64,000 nucleotides of DNA from positions 1 through 64,000 of the forward strand of contig JBNKBE010000005.1 of the NCBI GenBank assembly GCA_050287085.1, read 5' to 3'. Position numbers and translations under genes: made by a program. This DNA is from Polyangiaceae bacterium (GTDB lineage: Bacteria > Myxococcota_A > Polyangia > Polyangiales > Polyangiaceae). The number at the start of each line of letters is the position of its first letter. The stretch's first letter is position 1. The notes beneath the pieces were generated by a model that saw only the letters and a program-made list of their open reading frames with translations, was not told where the DNA came from and searched no databases. Positions 18,717-31,232 of this stretch are shown in pieces.

Positions 18717-19589
18717 CTAGGGACTGGACGCTGGAGCACCCGCCATGCGAGCGCGGGCCGCAAGCAAGGTATTGTCCATCAGCATGGCAATCGTCATGGG
18801 TCCCACTCCCCCAGGGACCTTTGTTATGACCCCCGCCACCTCGGACACCGGCGCGAAGTCGACGTCACCGCAAAGCTTGCCATTCTCGTCTTCGTTCATG
18901 CCCACGTCAAGCACCGCCGCCCCCGGCTTGATCCAATCCTTCTTGACCAACTTGGCGCGTCCGACGGCCGCGATCACGATGTCGGCCTCGCGACAGCGCT
19001 GTGGGAGGTCTGCTGTGCGCGAGTGAGCGATCGTCACGGTCGCGTCTTGCGCTAGCAGCAATGCGGCGACCGGCTTACCGACGAGATTGCTTCGACCGAT
19101 CACGATCGCCCGCTTGCCGGAGGCAACCACTCCCGCTTCAGCCAGTAGCCGCATGCACCCCCGTGGCGTGCACGGGACGAGTCCCGCCATTCCGGACCAA
19201 AGCTTGCCCACATTGACGGCATGAAAGCCATCGACATCCTTCGCTGGGTCGATGAGCTCCAACACCCGCTCTGCCTGGAGATGAGCAAACAACGGGAGCT
19301 GCACCAAAATGCCATCAACCTGATCATCTTGATTGAGTTCCCGGATAAGCCCCTCCAAGTACTCTTGGGATACGGTCGACTCGAGGCGATGAACCTGACT
19401 GTTGAACCCCGCGAGACTTGCTGTCTTCTCCTTGTTGCGAACGTAAACCTGCGACGCCGGATCATCACCCGACAGCACCACATGCAAGCCGGGACTGCGT
19501 CCGTATTGCTTACGGAACGCCACGACTCCAGCACTGACCTCTGCCGTTACCTTCTTTGCGAGCGCGCGCCCGTCGATGATTACTGCCAC
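18717..19589 (-). CDS. folD: Bifunctional methylenetetrahydrofolate dehydrogenase/cyclohydrolase
   Basis: IIDG, ASQVYVRNK, GILVQLP, KDVDGFH, PCTP, GRSNLVGKP, VPGGVGPMTIAML. Confidence 0.97.
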   Translation of the reverse strand: MAVIIDGRALAKKVTAEVSAGVVAFRKQYGRSPGLHVVLSGDDPASQVYVRNKEKTASLAGFNSQVHRLESTVSQEYLEGLIRELNQDDQVDGILVQLPLFAHLQAERVLELIDPAKDVDGFHAVNVGKLWSGMAGLVPCTPRGCMRLLAEAGVVASGKRAIVIGRSNLVGKPVAALLLAQDATVTIAHSRTADLPQRCREADIVIAAVGRAKLVKKDWIKPGAAVLDVGMNEDENGKLCGDVDFAPVSEVAGVITKVPGGVGPMTIAMLMDNTLLAARARMAGAPASSP

Positions 19590-19595
19590 AGTCGG

Positions 19596-19624
19596 ACGTT
19601 ACCAGAGCGTGCCGCGAGCTTCAA
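19596..19624 (-). promoter_or_regulatory. Putative sigma70 promoter giving a leaderless folD mRNA
   Basis: TTGAAG-N17-TAACGT, 6 nt before the GTG start. Confidence 0.55.
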
Positions 19625-19660
19625 CGCACGCTAGGGCACGCGCCTCTTTCTGCGCGCGAG

Positions 19661-20872
19661 CTAGCTTCCCGCGCTTTCCCGCTTCCTGTCCTCGCCAGCA
19701 AGCAACTTTGCCGCTGCGACGAGATCGTCGAGCACGCGTTCCGCTTGCGGATGGGCTCCAAGCGCATGACGAAGTCGCTGGATCAAAGAACTATCGACCC
19801 GGTCCGGGCGCGAGCCGGGGAACCAGTCGTCCCCCGCGTTCAACAGGTTGTAGCGGGCGCGGGCGAAGGGCACCATATCCCACCCCACAGCCAGCTGATA
19901 GAGCCAGTTGATCGTCTGCAGGTTGATCCCGTCCGGGAGTTCCTCCCAGCGAGGCAGGGTTAACGCGAGCTCTTCGGGATGCCGAAAGCCGGTTCGCTCG
20001 TGCATCCGTGCGGCCAGCCTGGCTTCGGGAGCAGCCAAGTGGCGCTCCGCGTCCTGCAGCAAGGGCAGCACCCTGAGATGCTCGTCAAAGTCCGAAGGCC
20101 GTGCCGCGCCAATGCTCAGAGTATGAACCTCGGGGCGTGCCAAACAGAACAGATCGTTGAAGACGATAGGCGACAGCGGCGCACAAGCCTCTCGCCAGAA
20201 TGGCGTTGGCTGGTGAAGCTTGCCCCCCTTGTCCGTGGGCGAAATGATGAACACCCCCATGTCCCGCTGGCGAGCCGCATGCACCGCCCCCCAGTCGTGC
20301 TGCCGGATGAAATACCAATGCAGGTTGACGTAGTCGAACCCGGCTCCAACACGCGCCTCGCCGTGTGAAATTGCGTCGACAACAACGTCCAGCGGCCCGT
20401 GTGTAGAGAATCCAACGAAGCGACACTTGCCTTCTCTCCGCAGGCGCTGAGCTACGTCAAAGCACCCGCCAGCGGCCAGCGTCCAGTCGAGCTTCTCTCG
20501 ATTGTTTACGCCATGAATCGCAAAGAGATCGACGTAGTCGACCTGAAGTCGTTCCAACGACTCCAGAAACTGCTGCTCGAACACGGCTGGATCCGCGTTT
20601 GGTGCGACTTTGGTCTGAACGATCAGCTGCCTGCGGTCGAAGCGCTTGAGCACGGGTCCAAGCTGCCGCTCGCTCGAGCCGTAGCCGCGTGCCGTTTCAA
20701 TATGATTGATCCCGAGCTCGATCGCTCGCTCAATCGTGTGACGAAGGTTGGTCTGATTGTCGACCGGAACCTCACGAAGGGGCCTGTCAACCCACTTGTA
20801 TTGGTAGCGCATCCCCCCACAGCTGAAGAGGGGAATCTCGATCTCTGTACGCCCAAATCTTCGCGTGAGCAT
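19661..20872 (-). CDS. Aldo/keto reductase family protein
   Basis: RRFGRT, GGMR, GINHIETARGYGSSE, IVQTK, DYVDLFAIHG, GFSTHG. Confidence 0.88.
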   Translation of the reverse strand: MLTRRFGRTEIEIPLFSCGGMRYQYKWVDRPLREVPVDNQTNLRHTIERAIELGINHIETARGYGSSERQLGPVLKRFDRRQLIVQTKVAPNADPAVFEQQFLESLERLQVDYVDLFAIHGVNNREKLDWTLAAGGCFDVAQRLRREGKCRFVGFSTHGPLDVVVDAISHGEARVGAGFDYVNLHWYFIRQHDWGAVHAARQRDMGVFIISPTDKGGKLHQPTPFWREACAPLSPIVFNDLFCLARPEVHTLSIGAARPSDFDEHLRVLPLLQDAERHLAAPEARLAARMHERTGFRHPEELALTLPRWEELPDGINLQTINWLYQLAVGWDMVPFARARYNLLNAGDDWFPGSRPDRVDSSLIQRLRHALGAHPQAERVLDDLVAAAKLLAGEDRKRESAGS

Positions 20873-21039
20873 CGACGTCCTCCTGATCCATCGGAGCTTA
20901 CACGGTGCATCCGCGGCGTCACCCCCGGGGCTGACTCTTCCAAGCGGCCGAGCGTCCGTCCCCAGATGAGGACCGGGCCAAAGGCCCGGAGGCGAAAGTC
21001 GCGACTGGCCCTCTGACAGCTAGCCTCTCCCGCCGGCAC

Positions 21040-21660
21040 TCAAGGCGGCGGAACGACACCTGGCGCCTGCGGCCGCCCGAGAGAAAGCAGTTCTCTCTGA
21101 GAGTGCACGCCAAGCTTGCTGTAGATAGAGCGCAAGTGGTTGCGCACGGTGTAGTGGGATATCGACAGAGAACGAGCGATCTCCCGTGGTGACACCCCCG
21201 AATACAGAGCTTCGACGACTTGCCGCTCCCGTTCGGAAAGCGCAGTCCACGTCGGGAGCGGTCCTTTGCTCTTGGGCTCCGCATGGCCCGACTGCTGGCG
21301 CTCGAAGGCACGCCCCATCGCGGCGGTCAACCGCAAGTCGTCGAGAGGCTCTGCCAGGTAATCGCAGGCCCCCCCGCGCATAGCCCGGAGGGCCCCCTCC
21401 AACGTCGGGTAGGGCGAGGTACAAAAGAGGATTCTGAAAAAACCTGACCGGACCAAGGGGTCAAGGTAGTCGATCCCTGCTACTGGAAACTCCAACGACA
21501 GGACCAATGCGTCATATCGTTCCTGCTCCAACGCGGTCCAGGTATCACGCAAACTACCGGCAACTCCGACGTGATAGCCACGCATTCTCAAGCGTTCCGC
21601 CAGCGGCTGAAGGGAGACGACGGACGGTGAACTAAGCAGGATGCGGGGCGCGCTTTGCAT
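21040..21660 (-). CDS. Atypical response regulator: pseudo-receiver plus LuxR-type HTH
   Basis: C-terminal LSERERQVV..REIARSLSISHYTVRNHLRSIYSKLGV. N-terminal receiver fold (AMRGGACDYL) lacks the conserved Asp and Lys. Start chosen at MQSAP (ORF extends to 21729). Confidence 0.82.
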   Translation of the reverse strand: MQSAPRILLSSPSVVSLQPLAERLRMRGYHVGVAGSLRDTWTALEQERYDALVLSLEFPVAGIDYLDPLVRSGFFRILFCTSPYPTLEGALRAMRGGACDYLAEPLDDLRLTAAMGRAFERQQSGHAEPKSKGPLPTWTALSERERQVVEALYSGVSPREIARSLSISHYTVRNHLRSIYSKLGVHSQRELLSLGRPQAPGVVPPP

Positions 21661-21947
21661 TCGGCGGGGCCAAGGGCAGTGGTCGAAAAAGACCTGTGCA
21701 ACAGTGGCAATTCTCACAACAGAAGGCAACCTTCTTCACCGCGCGGACAGGGCATCAATCTGAATGAACTATGCGCACAGCACGCAGACCCGGACACCTA
21801 CCCCCACACGGACTCTAGGGCGAAGCGTTCTCTCGCCCAGGTCTTTGCATCACGCACCTCCCCTCGCGTCCTGCCCGGCCCGACCACGCCCGCTCAATTG
21901 GGACGACCGAACGTTCCGTGATACGGTTGGACCATGGAGTCGGCCCG

Positions 21948-23228
21948 ATGAGCGGAGGACCACGCTACACCATTGAGGAGCTCATTGCCGCCGGAGGGAT
22001 GGCGCAGGTCTATCGAGGGGTGAGCTCAGGAATCGAAGGATTCCGAAAAAAAGTGGCCATAAAGCGTGTGCTGCCCAAGCTGTCAGCGAATCAAGACTTC
22101 ATCAACATGTTCCTCGATGAAGCACGACTCTGTGCCTATCTGACCCATTCCCGCTGCGTCCAGGTCTTCGATATCGGCAAGGGAGGCGGCTCCCACTTCA
22201 TCGTGATGGAGTATGTCGAGGGTGCTGACTTGAAGGCCGTCCAGGAGTACCTAGCGCGCAGCAACACCTCCATGCCGCTGGAGGTCGCCTGTCACATCAC
22301 CCTGCAGATCTGTGAGGGCCTCGCCTACGCCCACAACGCCAAAGACCATACTGGGCGAGCGCTAGAGATCGTCCATCGTGACGTGTCTCCGCACAACGTG
22401 CTGATGACACGCTACGGTGAGGTCAAACTAGTGGACTTCGGGCTGGCGCGCGCAAGCTCGCATCTGACGGCAGAAGACGAAGATATTGTGAAGGGGAAGT
22501 TTGGGTATCTGGCCCCCGAAGTGACCCTGCGCCAGGGTGTAAACCATCGAGCCGACATCTTCGCCGCGGGTATCCTGCTGTGGGAAATGCTCGCGGGACG
22601 GCGACTCTTTCTCGGCTCGACCGATTTGGAAACCTTCAAGCTGGTCCAAGCTGCCCAGGTCCCAGACATTCGTCAACTGCGCCCCGACGCGACGGACAAT
22701 CTGTGGAAAGTGCTTCTCAAAGCCCTGTGGCGAGATCCCGAGTATCGCTACCAGAGCGCCGACGACTTCGCGCGTGATCTTTCGATCGTCCTCGCCCAGA
22801 TGCGACGCCCTACAACCTACCAGGACATCGCCCGCTTGGTGCGAGCCGCCGCTGATGCGCGTGCTGCTACCAAGCCCTCGCGGCCGCGCTCGGACTTGAT
22901 TGGTGAACTCATCCTCGAGACGCTACACGACTTCTCTGAGGGCGACGGTGACGAGCTCGCTTCGTCGTATCCCCCGTCGCGGGGTGCGGTTTCCGCTGTC
23001 TCTCCGCAATACGAAGATCCGACGGCCTGGGGACTGGAAGCCGCGCTGAACTCCTCCCTGCCTCCGCCCCCATCACAGGCCCCAACACAAGCCCGCCCCG
23101 CACCAAAGCCCCAGCCCCCGACTCGCCGGGTCGACATTCCTGAATCTCGACGTCCGCGCCGTCGCAGTCAAATACCAGCCCCACCAGACGTGCACGATGG
23201 GCCGTGGTGGCGCCGCTGGTTCAACTAG
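21948..23228 (+). CDS. Hanks-type Ser/Thr protein kinase, cytoplasmic, with Pro-rich tail
   Basis: GGMAQVY, VAIK, HRDVSPHN, DFG, GKFGYLAPE, DIFAAG. Confidence 0.93.
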   Translation: MSGGPRYTIEELIAAGGMAQVYRGVSSGIEGFRKKVAIKRVLPKLSANQDFINMFLDEARLCAYLTHSRCVQVFDIGKGGGSHFIVMEYVEGADLKAVQEYLARSNTSMPLEVACHITLQICEGLAYAHNAKDHTGRALEIVHRDVSPHNVLMTRYGEVKLVDFGLARASSHLTAEDEDIVKGKFGYLAPEVTLRQGVNHRADIFAAGILLWEMLAGRRLFLGSTDLETFKLVQAAQVPDIRQLRPDATDNLWKVLLKALWRDPEYRYQSADDFARDLSIVLAQMRRPTTYQDIARLVRAAADARAATKPSRPRSDLIGELILETLHDFSEGDGDELASSYPPSRGAVSAVSPQYEDPTAWGLEAALNSSLPPPPSQAPTQARPAPKPQPPTRRVDIPESRRPRRRSQIPAPPDVHDGPWWRRWFN

Positions 23229-23276
23229 AACCTGCGTGCCACCTTCGGAACGTCAAGGTATGCCTTGAAGGGGTCG

Positions 23277-23639
23277 CTACTTGCCTTCCAGGAGGTACAT
23301 CTCCTGGATATCGTCCTCATACTGCGCCTTATCCAGCAAGGTGATGGATATGAACAGCGTCACGAAGATCAGCGAGCTTGCGAACAAGACCGCGTTGAAC
23401 GGACGATCCCAGCGCAAGTGCATGAAGTAGGTGACAACCAGGCCCGCCTTGATGGTTGCAATGAGCATCGCAACCATCAAGTTACCCGATCGCCCTAGGT
23501 CCACGTAGGTAACCCAGACCGTAGCCGCTGTCAGAACGAGCAGCGTCGCCCCAACGCCAATCAACATCTTGGTTGGCATGACGTGGGCTATCGCGTTGTG
23601 CTCTTCGTGTCCGTGTGCAGATTCCTTAGAAGACATCAT
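23277..23639 (-). CDS. ctaF: Cytochrome c oxidase subunit IV (caa3 type)
   Basis: LLVLTAATV, IATIKAGLVVTYFMHLRWD, and position after subunit III. Confidence 0.85.
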   Translation of the reverse strand: MMSSKESAHGHEEHNAIAHVMPTKMLIGVGATLLVLTAATVWVTYVDLGRSGNLMVAMLIATIKAGLVVTYFMHLRWDRPFNAVLFASSLIFVTLFISITLLDKAQYEDDIQEMYLLEGK

Positions 23640-23683
23640 TTATCCTTCAGAGCCGAAGTCGAATTTCGTTGAGGCGACCTGCA

Positions 23684-24505
<822 letters not shown>

Positions 24506-24538
24506 GATAATTCCGAAACGTGTTGGAGCGATGGAGAG

Positions 24539-26215
24539 TTACGCCTCTTCTGCCTTGCGAACGTAACCGCCTACGGTCTTGTCGTAGTGCCAGTTCTTGT
24601 ACTCGTAGGGTCCCTCGGTGACGACCGGCGCATTGTGGAAGTTGTAATACGGCGGCGGTGACGAGCACGCCCACTCGAGGCTGTTGGCCCCCCAAGGATT
24701 AGCAGGCGCAAGCTTTCCCCTCTTCAGACTGCCGAGCAAGTAGAAGGCAATCACGAGGAAACCTACCCCCATCAGAAACGCCCCAACGGTGGACGCCTGA
24801 TGAAACGCCTGAAACTCCTCAAGGTAGTTGTAGTAGCGACGCGGCATACCACGCGACCCCATGATGAACTGAGGGAAGAACGTGAGGTTGAGCCCAATCA
24901 GCACAATCGCGCAGGCAATGCGCGCGATCTTGTCGTCGTACATCCTGCCGGTCATCTTGGGCCACCAATAGTGCAGCCCCCCGAGCAGCGCGGTAATGGC
25001 GCCGCCCATCATCACGTAGTGAAAGTGGGCGACTACGAAGTACGTGTCGTGAAGATGCACGTCCGTGCTCATCACAGCCAGGAACATGCCCGTCACGCCA
25101 CCGATCGCGAACACCCACAGGAAGCCCAACGCGTACAGCATCGGAGTCTCCAGATGAATCGACCCCTTGTACATGGTCGTCACCCAGTTGAAGACCTTGA
25201 TGGCCGTCGGTATCGCGATGAGGAAGGTAATGCCGCTGAAGACCGTTCCAGCAACCACGCTCTGGCCGCTGGTGAACATGTGGTGTCCCCACACCAGAAA
25301 TCCGAGGATGGCAATCGCCACGCTGGAAAGCGCAATGAACTTGTAGCCGAAGATCCGCTTCCGACAGAACACCGGAAAGATCTCCGACACGACGCCAAAC
25401 GCCGGCACGATCATGATGTAGACGGCGGGATGGGAGTAGAACCAGAAGAAGTGCTGAAATAGCACCGGATCGCCGCCCAGCGCGGGGTCAAAGATGCCAA
25501 TTCCGAGCGTGCGCTCAACCATTAGCATGCACAAGGTAATGGCCAGGACCGGCGTCGCCAGCAGCTGCATGATAGCTGTCGAATACAGGGCCCAAATAAA
25601 CAGCGGCATGCGAAACCACGTCATGCCTGGAGGCCGCATCTTGTGGATGGTCGTCATGAAGTTCAGCCCCGTGAAGATCGAGCTGAATCCAAGAATGAAC
25701 GCACCGAAGAGAGCCGGAAAGACACTGGTATCTGTGGTTGTGCTGTACGGCGTATAGAAGGTCCACCCGGTATCAACAGCGTTAGTCACCAGACTAGACA
25801 CTAGGAACAGGGCACCGATCACCCAAAGGTACCAACTCGATAGATTCAGTCGGGGGAAGGCCACATCCTTGGCCCCCAACATCAGAGGCAGAACCACATT
25901 GCCAAGCGCGGCTGGGATGCCCGGAATGATCACCAGGAATACCATGACCGCGCCGTGAACAGTGAACGCCTTGTTGTAGGTGTTGTGGTCTATGAGCGTC
26001 GGCCCCGGTGTCCACAACTCGGCGCGGATGAGCAAGGCAGCGGCGCCGCCGATCGCAAACGCTCCGAGCACGCACATCAGGTACATCAGTCCAATGCGCT
26101 TGTGATCGAGTGTGCAGAGCCAAGAAAGGATACCCTTCTCGTGCGTCAGAAAGTTCTCATCCGCAGACGAGGTGCCGCCCGCTACTTCTTCGGGGGTGGT
26201 GCTGGGAGCTGCCAT
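24539..26215 (-). CDS. ctaD: Cytochrome c oxidase subunit I, type A2
   Basis: [23 protein letters not shown] (YS motif of A2 oxidases), [25 protein letters not shown]. Confidence 0.96.
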   Translation of the reverse strand: MAAPSTTPEEVAGGTSSADENFLTHEKGILSWLCTLDHKRIGLMYLMCVLGAFAIGGAAALLIRAELWTPGPTLIDHNTYNKAFTVHGAVMVFLVIIPGIPAALGNVVLPLMLGAKDVAFPRLNLSSWYLWVIGALFLVSSLVTNAVDTGWTFYTPYSTTTDTSVFPALFGAFILGFSSIFTGLNFMTTIHKMRPPGMTWFRMPLFIWALYSTAIMQLLATPVLAITLCMLMVERTLGIGIFDPALGGDPVLFQHFFWFYSHPAVYIMIVPAFGVVSEIFPVFCRKRIFGYKFIALSSVAIAILGFLVWGHHMFTSGQSVVAGTVFSGITFLIAIPTAIKVFNWVTTMYKGSIHLETPMLYALGFLWVFAIGGVTGMFLAVMSTDVHLHDTYFVVAHFHYVMMGGAITALLGGLHYWWPKMTGRMYDDKIARIACAIVLIGLNLTFFPQFIMGSRGMPRRYYNYLEEFQAFHQASTVGAFLMGVGFLVIAFYLLGSLKRGKLAPANPWGANSLEWACSSPPPYYNFHNAPVVTEGPYEYKNWHYDKTVGGYVRKAEEA

Positions 26216-26264
26216 ATTCAGGAACCTAGTTAGGGTTTTAGACCTTCTTCTGAATCAAGGACGT

Positions 26265-27290
26265 TTATTGGAGCGATCGGATGTAGGCGATGAGACCGTC
26301 TATTTTCTTGTCGCTCATCTGGCCCTTGAACGAGGGCATCTGGGGTGCGAAGCCTGCTACGACTTTGGCCTGTGGCTCCAAGATGGACTCCCGCAGGTAG
26401 TTTTCGTCGACTTTCACCGACTGACCATCTGCGAGCGCCTCGTTCTTGCCCCACACGCCCTTGAAGGAGGGCCCAACGCCGCGGGTACCATCCGTGCTGT
26501 GGCAAGCGCCACAACCGAACTGCTTGTACATCAACTGTCCGAGCGCAACAGGCTCCATCGCGTCGAGCTTCTTCTCGATATCCTTCATCCACTTCTCGTA
26601 GCCGCCCTCTTCATGAACGACGACCTTGGCGAGCATGTCTGAATGCGATGTGCCGCAGTATTCCGCGCAGAAGATCGGAAACTCGCCGGCATAGCGCGGT
26701 CTGAACCAAAGCTCGGTATAGCGGCCCGGTACGGCGTCCATCTTCACGCGATACTCTGGGATATACAGGCTGTGGAGGACGTCAACGGACTTGATTACAA
26801 CGCGAACGTTCTCGCCCTGCGGCACGTGCAGCTCGCTGTCGACGTGTCCGTTGGGGTACTTGAAGGTCCATTGCCACTTCTGCCCCGTTGCGTAGATCTC
26901 CATCGCGTCCTTCGGCGGCGTGCGAAGTGCCACGTAGTCCTTGAAGCCCCACACGAAGAACGTGATCACGAAGAACAGCGGAATGACGGACCAAGTGACC
27001 TCCAGCACGTTGCTGTGGTCCTCCTGGGACAAGGCCTGTTCGTTTGCCTCTCGGGACGTTGCCCGAAACTTGAAGGCAAAGTAAATCATGGCCGCAAACA
27101 CAGCTAGAACGCTGACTGCAGACACGTAGTAGATGTAGTGAAAGAGCGCGTCGACACTTTCGGCCACATCCGAACCGGCGTTTGGCAGCCAAAACTGGCT
27201 CGACTCTGGCACCTTCGGCAGAGCCGACGCCCCGGCGCCGTCTCCGGATTGCGCCATAAACATGAGAGAGTGAAGAGTGGATAGAGTCAT
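26265..27290 (-). CDS. ctaC: Cytochrome c oxidase subunit II with fused cytochrome c (caa3)
   Basis: DVLHS, CuA motif CAEYCGTSHSDM, C-terminal CGACH. Confidence 0.95.
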   Translation of the reverse strand: MTLSTLHSLMFMAQSGDGAGASALPKVPESSQFWLPNAGSDVAESVDALFHYIYYVSAVSVLAVFAAMIYFAFKFRATSREANEQALSQEDHSNVLEVTWSVIPLFFVITFFVWGFKDYVALRTPPKDAMEIYATGQKWQWTFKYPNGHVDSELHVPQGENVRVVIKSVDVLHSLYIPEYRVKMDAVPGRYTELWFRPRYAGEFPIFCAEYCGTSHSDMLAKVVVHEEGGYEKWMKDIEKKLDAMEPVALGQLMYKQFGCGACHSTDGTRGVGPSFKGVWGKNEALADGQSVKVDENYLRESILEPQAKVVAGFAPQMPSFKGQMSDKKIDGLIAYIRSLQ

Positions 27291-28174
27291 GATGCAGTCA
27301 CACCGATTGCGGAGGGGGCACGCAGCTTCTGACGACGCCGCTCGCCTCTCCAATACAAAGCCATAAACGCAGCCAAAGCAACGGCGACGAGGCCAGCTCC
27401 AACGCGCATAATATTCATTGCGACAGGCGCATAGCGCCCCTCGGTCTCATCGTAGTGAAAACAGTAAAGAATCAGGCGCTCGAGGGCCGTTGCAATCTTG
27501 CCTTCCGACGCCTCGACGAGTGAAAGGGAGAGAGTCTCGGGGTGGTATTCAAGGCCGTACAAGTAGCGGGCAACGACGCCGTCAGGGGTCAAGACCATGA
27601 CGGCAGCCGTATGCAGCCACTCCTTTCGGGCCTCGTTGAACGTGTACTGAAAGCCAACACTGTCCGCCAACTCGCGCACCGTCGCCTCAGACGCAGTAAG
27701 AAAGTGCCATCCCCGCTCGGCTCCCGGACGCGCATAGTCGCGAAGGTAGCGGGCCTTGGTCTTGCTCGCTTGCTGCGGCGTCTCCTTAGGATCGATGCTG
27801 ACCGTAACTATCTGAAAGTCTTCTCCAACCGATTTGTCGAGTTGCCGCAGGCCAAATACCAGCTTGTTCAGCTGAATGCTGCACAGCATTGGACAGTCGG
27901 AGTAGTTGAAGGTCAACAGGACCGGATGACGACCATCCAGGTACTGCCCGAGGGTTACGGTTCGCCCCGCGCTGTCGACGAGCGGCAGCTCCCCGCGCAG
28001 GCGCGCGCCCAGCTTCTCACTGATACCTACGTCAGTGAGTCTCCCCGGCAGCGCCTCGGTGCGTTCGGGAACCGTGTCAGGATCGACTGGCGCGCCTCCC
28101 GCGGCACTGGCGAACAGCGACGTCGCCAAAAGGCAGCTCGCTACTCGTGCTCGGAGATGTACCAGGTTCGCCAC
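27287..28174 (-). CDS. SCO family copper chaperone
   Basis: YSDCPMLC (CxxxC), VSIDP, WHFLT, HTAAVMVLTPDG, RYLYG. Start estimated at GTG 28174. Confidence 0.9.
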   Translation of the reverse strand: MANLVHLRARVASCLLATSLFASAAGGAPVDPDTVPERTEALPGRLTDVGISEKLGARLRGELPLVDSAGRTVTLGQYLDGRHPVLLTFNYSDCPMLCSIQLNKLVFGLRQLDKSVGEDFQIVTVSIDPKETPQQASKTKARYLRDYARPGAERGWHFLTASEATVRELADSVGFQYTFNEARKEWLHTAAVMVLTPDGVVARYLYGLEYHPETLSLSLVEASEGKIATALERLILYCFHYDETEGRYAPVAMNIMRVGAGLVAVALAAFMALYWRGERRRQKLRAPSAIGVTAS

Positions 28175-28190
28175 GGTGTTGGTTTTCCGC

Positions 28191-28742
28191 TCAGTGCTCG
28201 TGCGCTTCGACCGGCGAGGGAGCTGCGCCCCCTGGAGGTATGACGAGGCCCGGCGTCGTTGCCGGCGGTTGCGCGGTCTCCGCCGAGGTGGGAGCGCTCG
28301 AAGCACTAGGTGCAGCGCCGGTCGCTTCTGTCGTTGCCGCGGGAGCTAGCTCTGCAGAGGGAGCCGGCGAAACCTCACCCGACGAGGGCTGAGGCGCAAC
28401 CGCGCCTCCATCGAGCTCCGTGGACGGCGCAACGGCAGGCTCGGGAGCGGGAGGAGGGGTGAAGGGTGAGGCAGCCGTTGGGCTCTTCATCAACCCCGCG
28501 AGAATTGTCGCCTCGGCTTTCTCGATGGGCGACTTGCCGGACCGCAACTTGGCTCGCTGTTCCTCTCGAAGCGCTTTGATCGCTCCGAGATTGGCGTTTG
28601 TTGAGACCTGCTCGCCGAGCTCCTGCATCTCTCCCTTGGCGAGAGCCACCAAGCCAGCGCTCCCACCGAGCATAGCAGCGGCCCCTACGAGCAGCGCCGT
28701 CAGCACCACTCCCGTGTTCGTCTTGTCTTCTTCGGTAGCCAT
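28191..28742 (-). CDS. Single-TM protein with Pro/Ala-rich tail in the ActG position
   Basis: One N-terminal TM helix followed by a helical segment. Assignment is positional only (between actF and SCO). Confidence 0.6.
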   Translation of the reverse strand: MATEEDKTNTGVVLTALLVGAAAMLGGSAGLVALAKGEMQELGEQVSTNANLGAIKALREEQRAKLRSGKSPIEKAEATILAGLMKSPTAASPFTPPPAPEPAVAPSTELDGGAVAPQPSSGEVSPAPSAELAPAATTEATGAAPSASSAPTSAETAQPPATTPGLVIPPGGAAPSPVEAHEH

Positions 28743-28751
28743 GCCAGTACC

Positions 28752-29996
<1,245 letters not shown>

Positions 29997-30014
29997 GATG
30001 AGATTCCGTTCGGC

Positions 30015-31220
30015 TCAATTCGGGGTGCCGGTACCACCCTGGCTCTCCTGGAGAGCGCGGACGTAGAGAAGAATTGCCCAGCGATCCGCAGTCGAAATCT
30101 GGTCGGCATAGCCCGGCATATTCCGAATGCCAGCGGAGACTGTGTTGAATAGCTGCCCTATCGGCTGCGCCTTGATCTTCTCGTCTGCAATGTTGGTGGG
30201 TTTGACCCAAGTTCCTTCCGCCAGTGCGGCCGCGCGACGATGCACCATGCCATCACCGTCGCCGGTGAGACCATGGCACGGCGCGCAGTAGATCCCGAAA
30301 CGCTCCTTGCCGCGCTTCATGGTTTCGGCGCTCGGCTCAACCTTCTCAGGAAGGCTCAATGCCCACGCGTCACCCACCTTGCCAGCGTAGAAGTGGTCGT
30401 CGTCTCGCAGCTCCCCAACGGCTACGGTCCCCTCCACGGGCGCCCGCATGGCTCGGCCGTCACTGGCCGCGAAGAACTCGTTGCCACGCTGCGCCTTGTA
30501 GTACTTCTGAAAGTCCATGTTGGGGACCACGTGGTACTGCGGCTTGTCGGTCTTGTTAACGCGGGCTGCGGCAAACAAGCCGAAGGGGATCAGCGAAACC
30601 GCGATAAGCACGACAGCCGAGAGAACGACCGACTTCGGAATGGCCCCGCTCGAGGTGTCGTCAGGAACTAGTTCAACGGCAACCGGACCGGTAGCTTCGA
30701 GCATGTCCCGCGTCGCATCACCGTCGTACTTGGGGTCCGACGCTTCGATGACTACGAAGAAGCGGTCGTCCGACGCGCGCGCAAAGCGCCTCACGCGGTC
30801 GAGAGGAGACGAATGCTGCGGCAGGCCATTGAGCACGAGCATCGAGAAGAACGTTGTCAATGCGCTGAAGAGAACCGTCAGCTCGAAGGTGATGGGAATG
30901 TTCGCCGGAATGCTGAAGAATGGCTTTCCCGAAATCTTGAAAGCGTAGTCTACGCTGTTGGCCCAATACTGAAACCCGATCGCTGTCAGACAGCCGGTGA
31001 TGCCCGCCACCATGACGATATATGGCAGCTTGGTCCGCTTGATACCCATCGCCGGATCGATACCGTGCACTGGGAAGGGCGAATAGCAGTCCCACCGCGC
31101 GAACCCCTCGTCGCGAACCTTCCTGGCCGCCGCGAGCAGCTCCGTATGCGATTCGTACTCCGCCAGGATCCCGTAGGGACCACTGGACGTCTGGCTTTCG
31201 GTCTTTGTTGCTTCGCTCAT
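30015..31220 (-). CDS. actDE: Alternative complex III fused ActD (DUF3341) - ActE (monohaem cytochrome c)
   Basis: N-terminal YSPFPVHG, SGKPFFS, PITFELTVL; C-terminal MDFQ, PVEGTV, CAPCHG, MPGY. Confidence 0.88.
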   Translation of the reverse strand: MSEATKTESQTSSGPYGILAEYESHTELLAAARKVRDEGFARWDCYSPFPVHGIDPAMGIKRTKLPYIVMVAGITGCLTAIGFQYWANSVDYAFKISGKPFFSIPANIPITFELTVLFSALTTFFSMLVLNGLPQHSSPLDRVRRFARASDDRFFVVIEASDPKYDGDATRDMLEATGPVAVELVPDDTSSGAIPKSVVLSAVVLIAVSLIPFGLFAAARVNKTDKPQYHVVPNMDFQKYYKAQRGNEFFAASDGRAMRAPVEGTVAVGELRDDDHFYAGKVGDAWALSLPEKVEPSAETMKRGKERFGIYCAPCHGLTGDGDGMVHRRAAALAEGTWVKPTNIADEKIKAQPIGQLFNTVSAGIRNMPGYADQISTADRWAILLYVRALQESQGGTGTPN

Positions 31221-31232
31221 GGAAGTCAGCCC

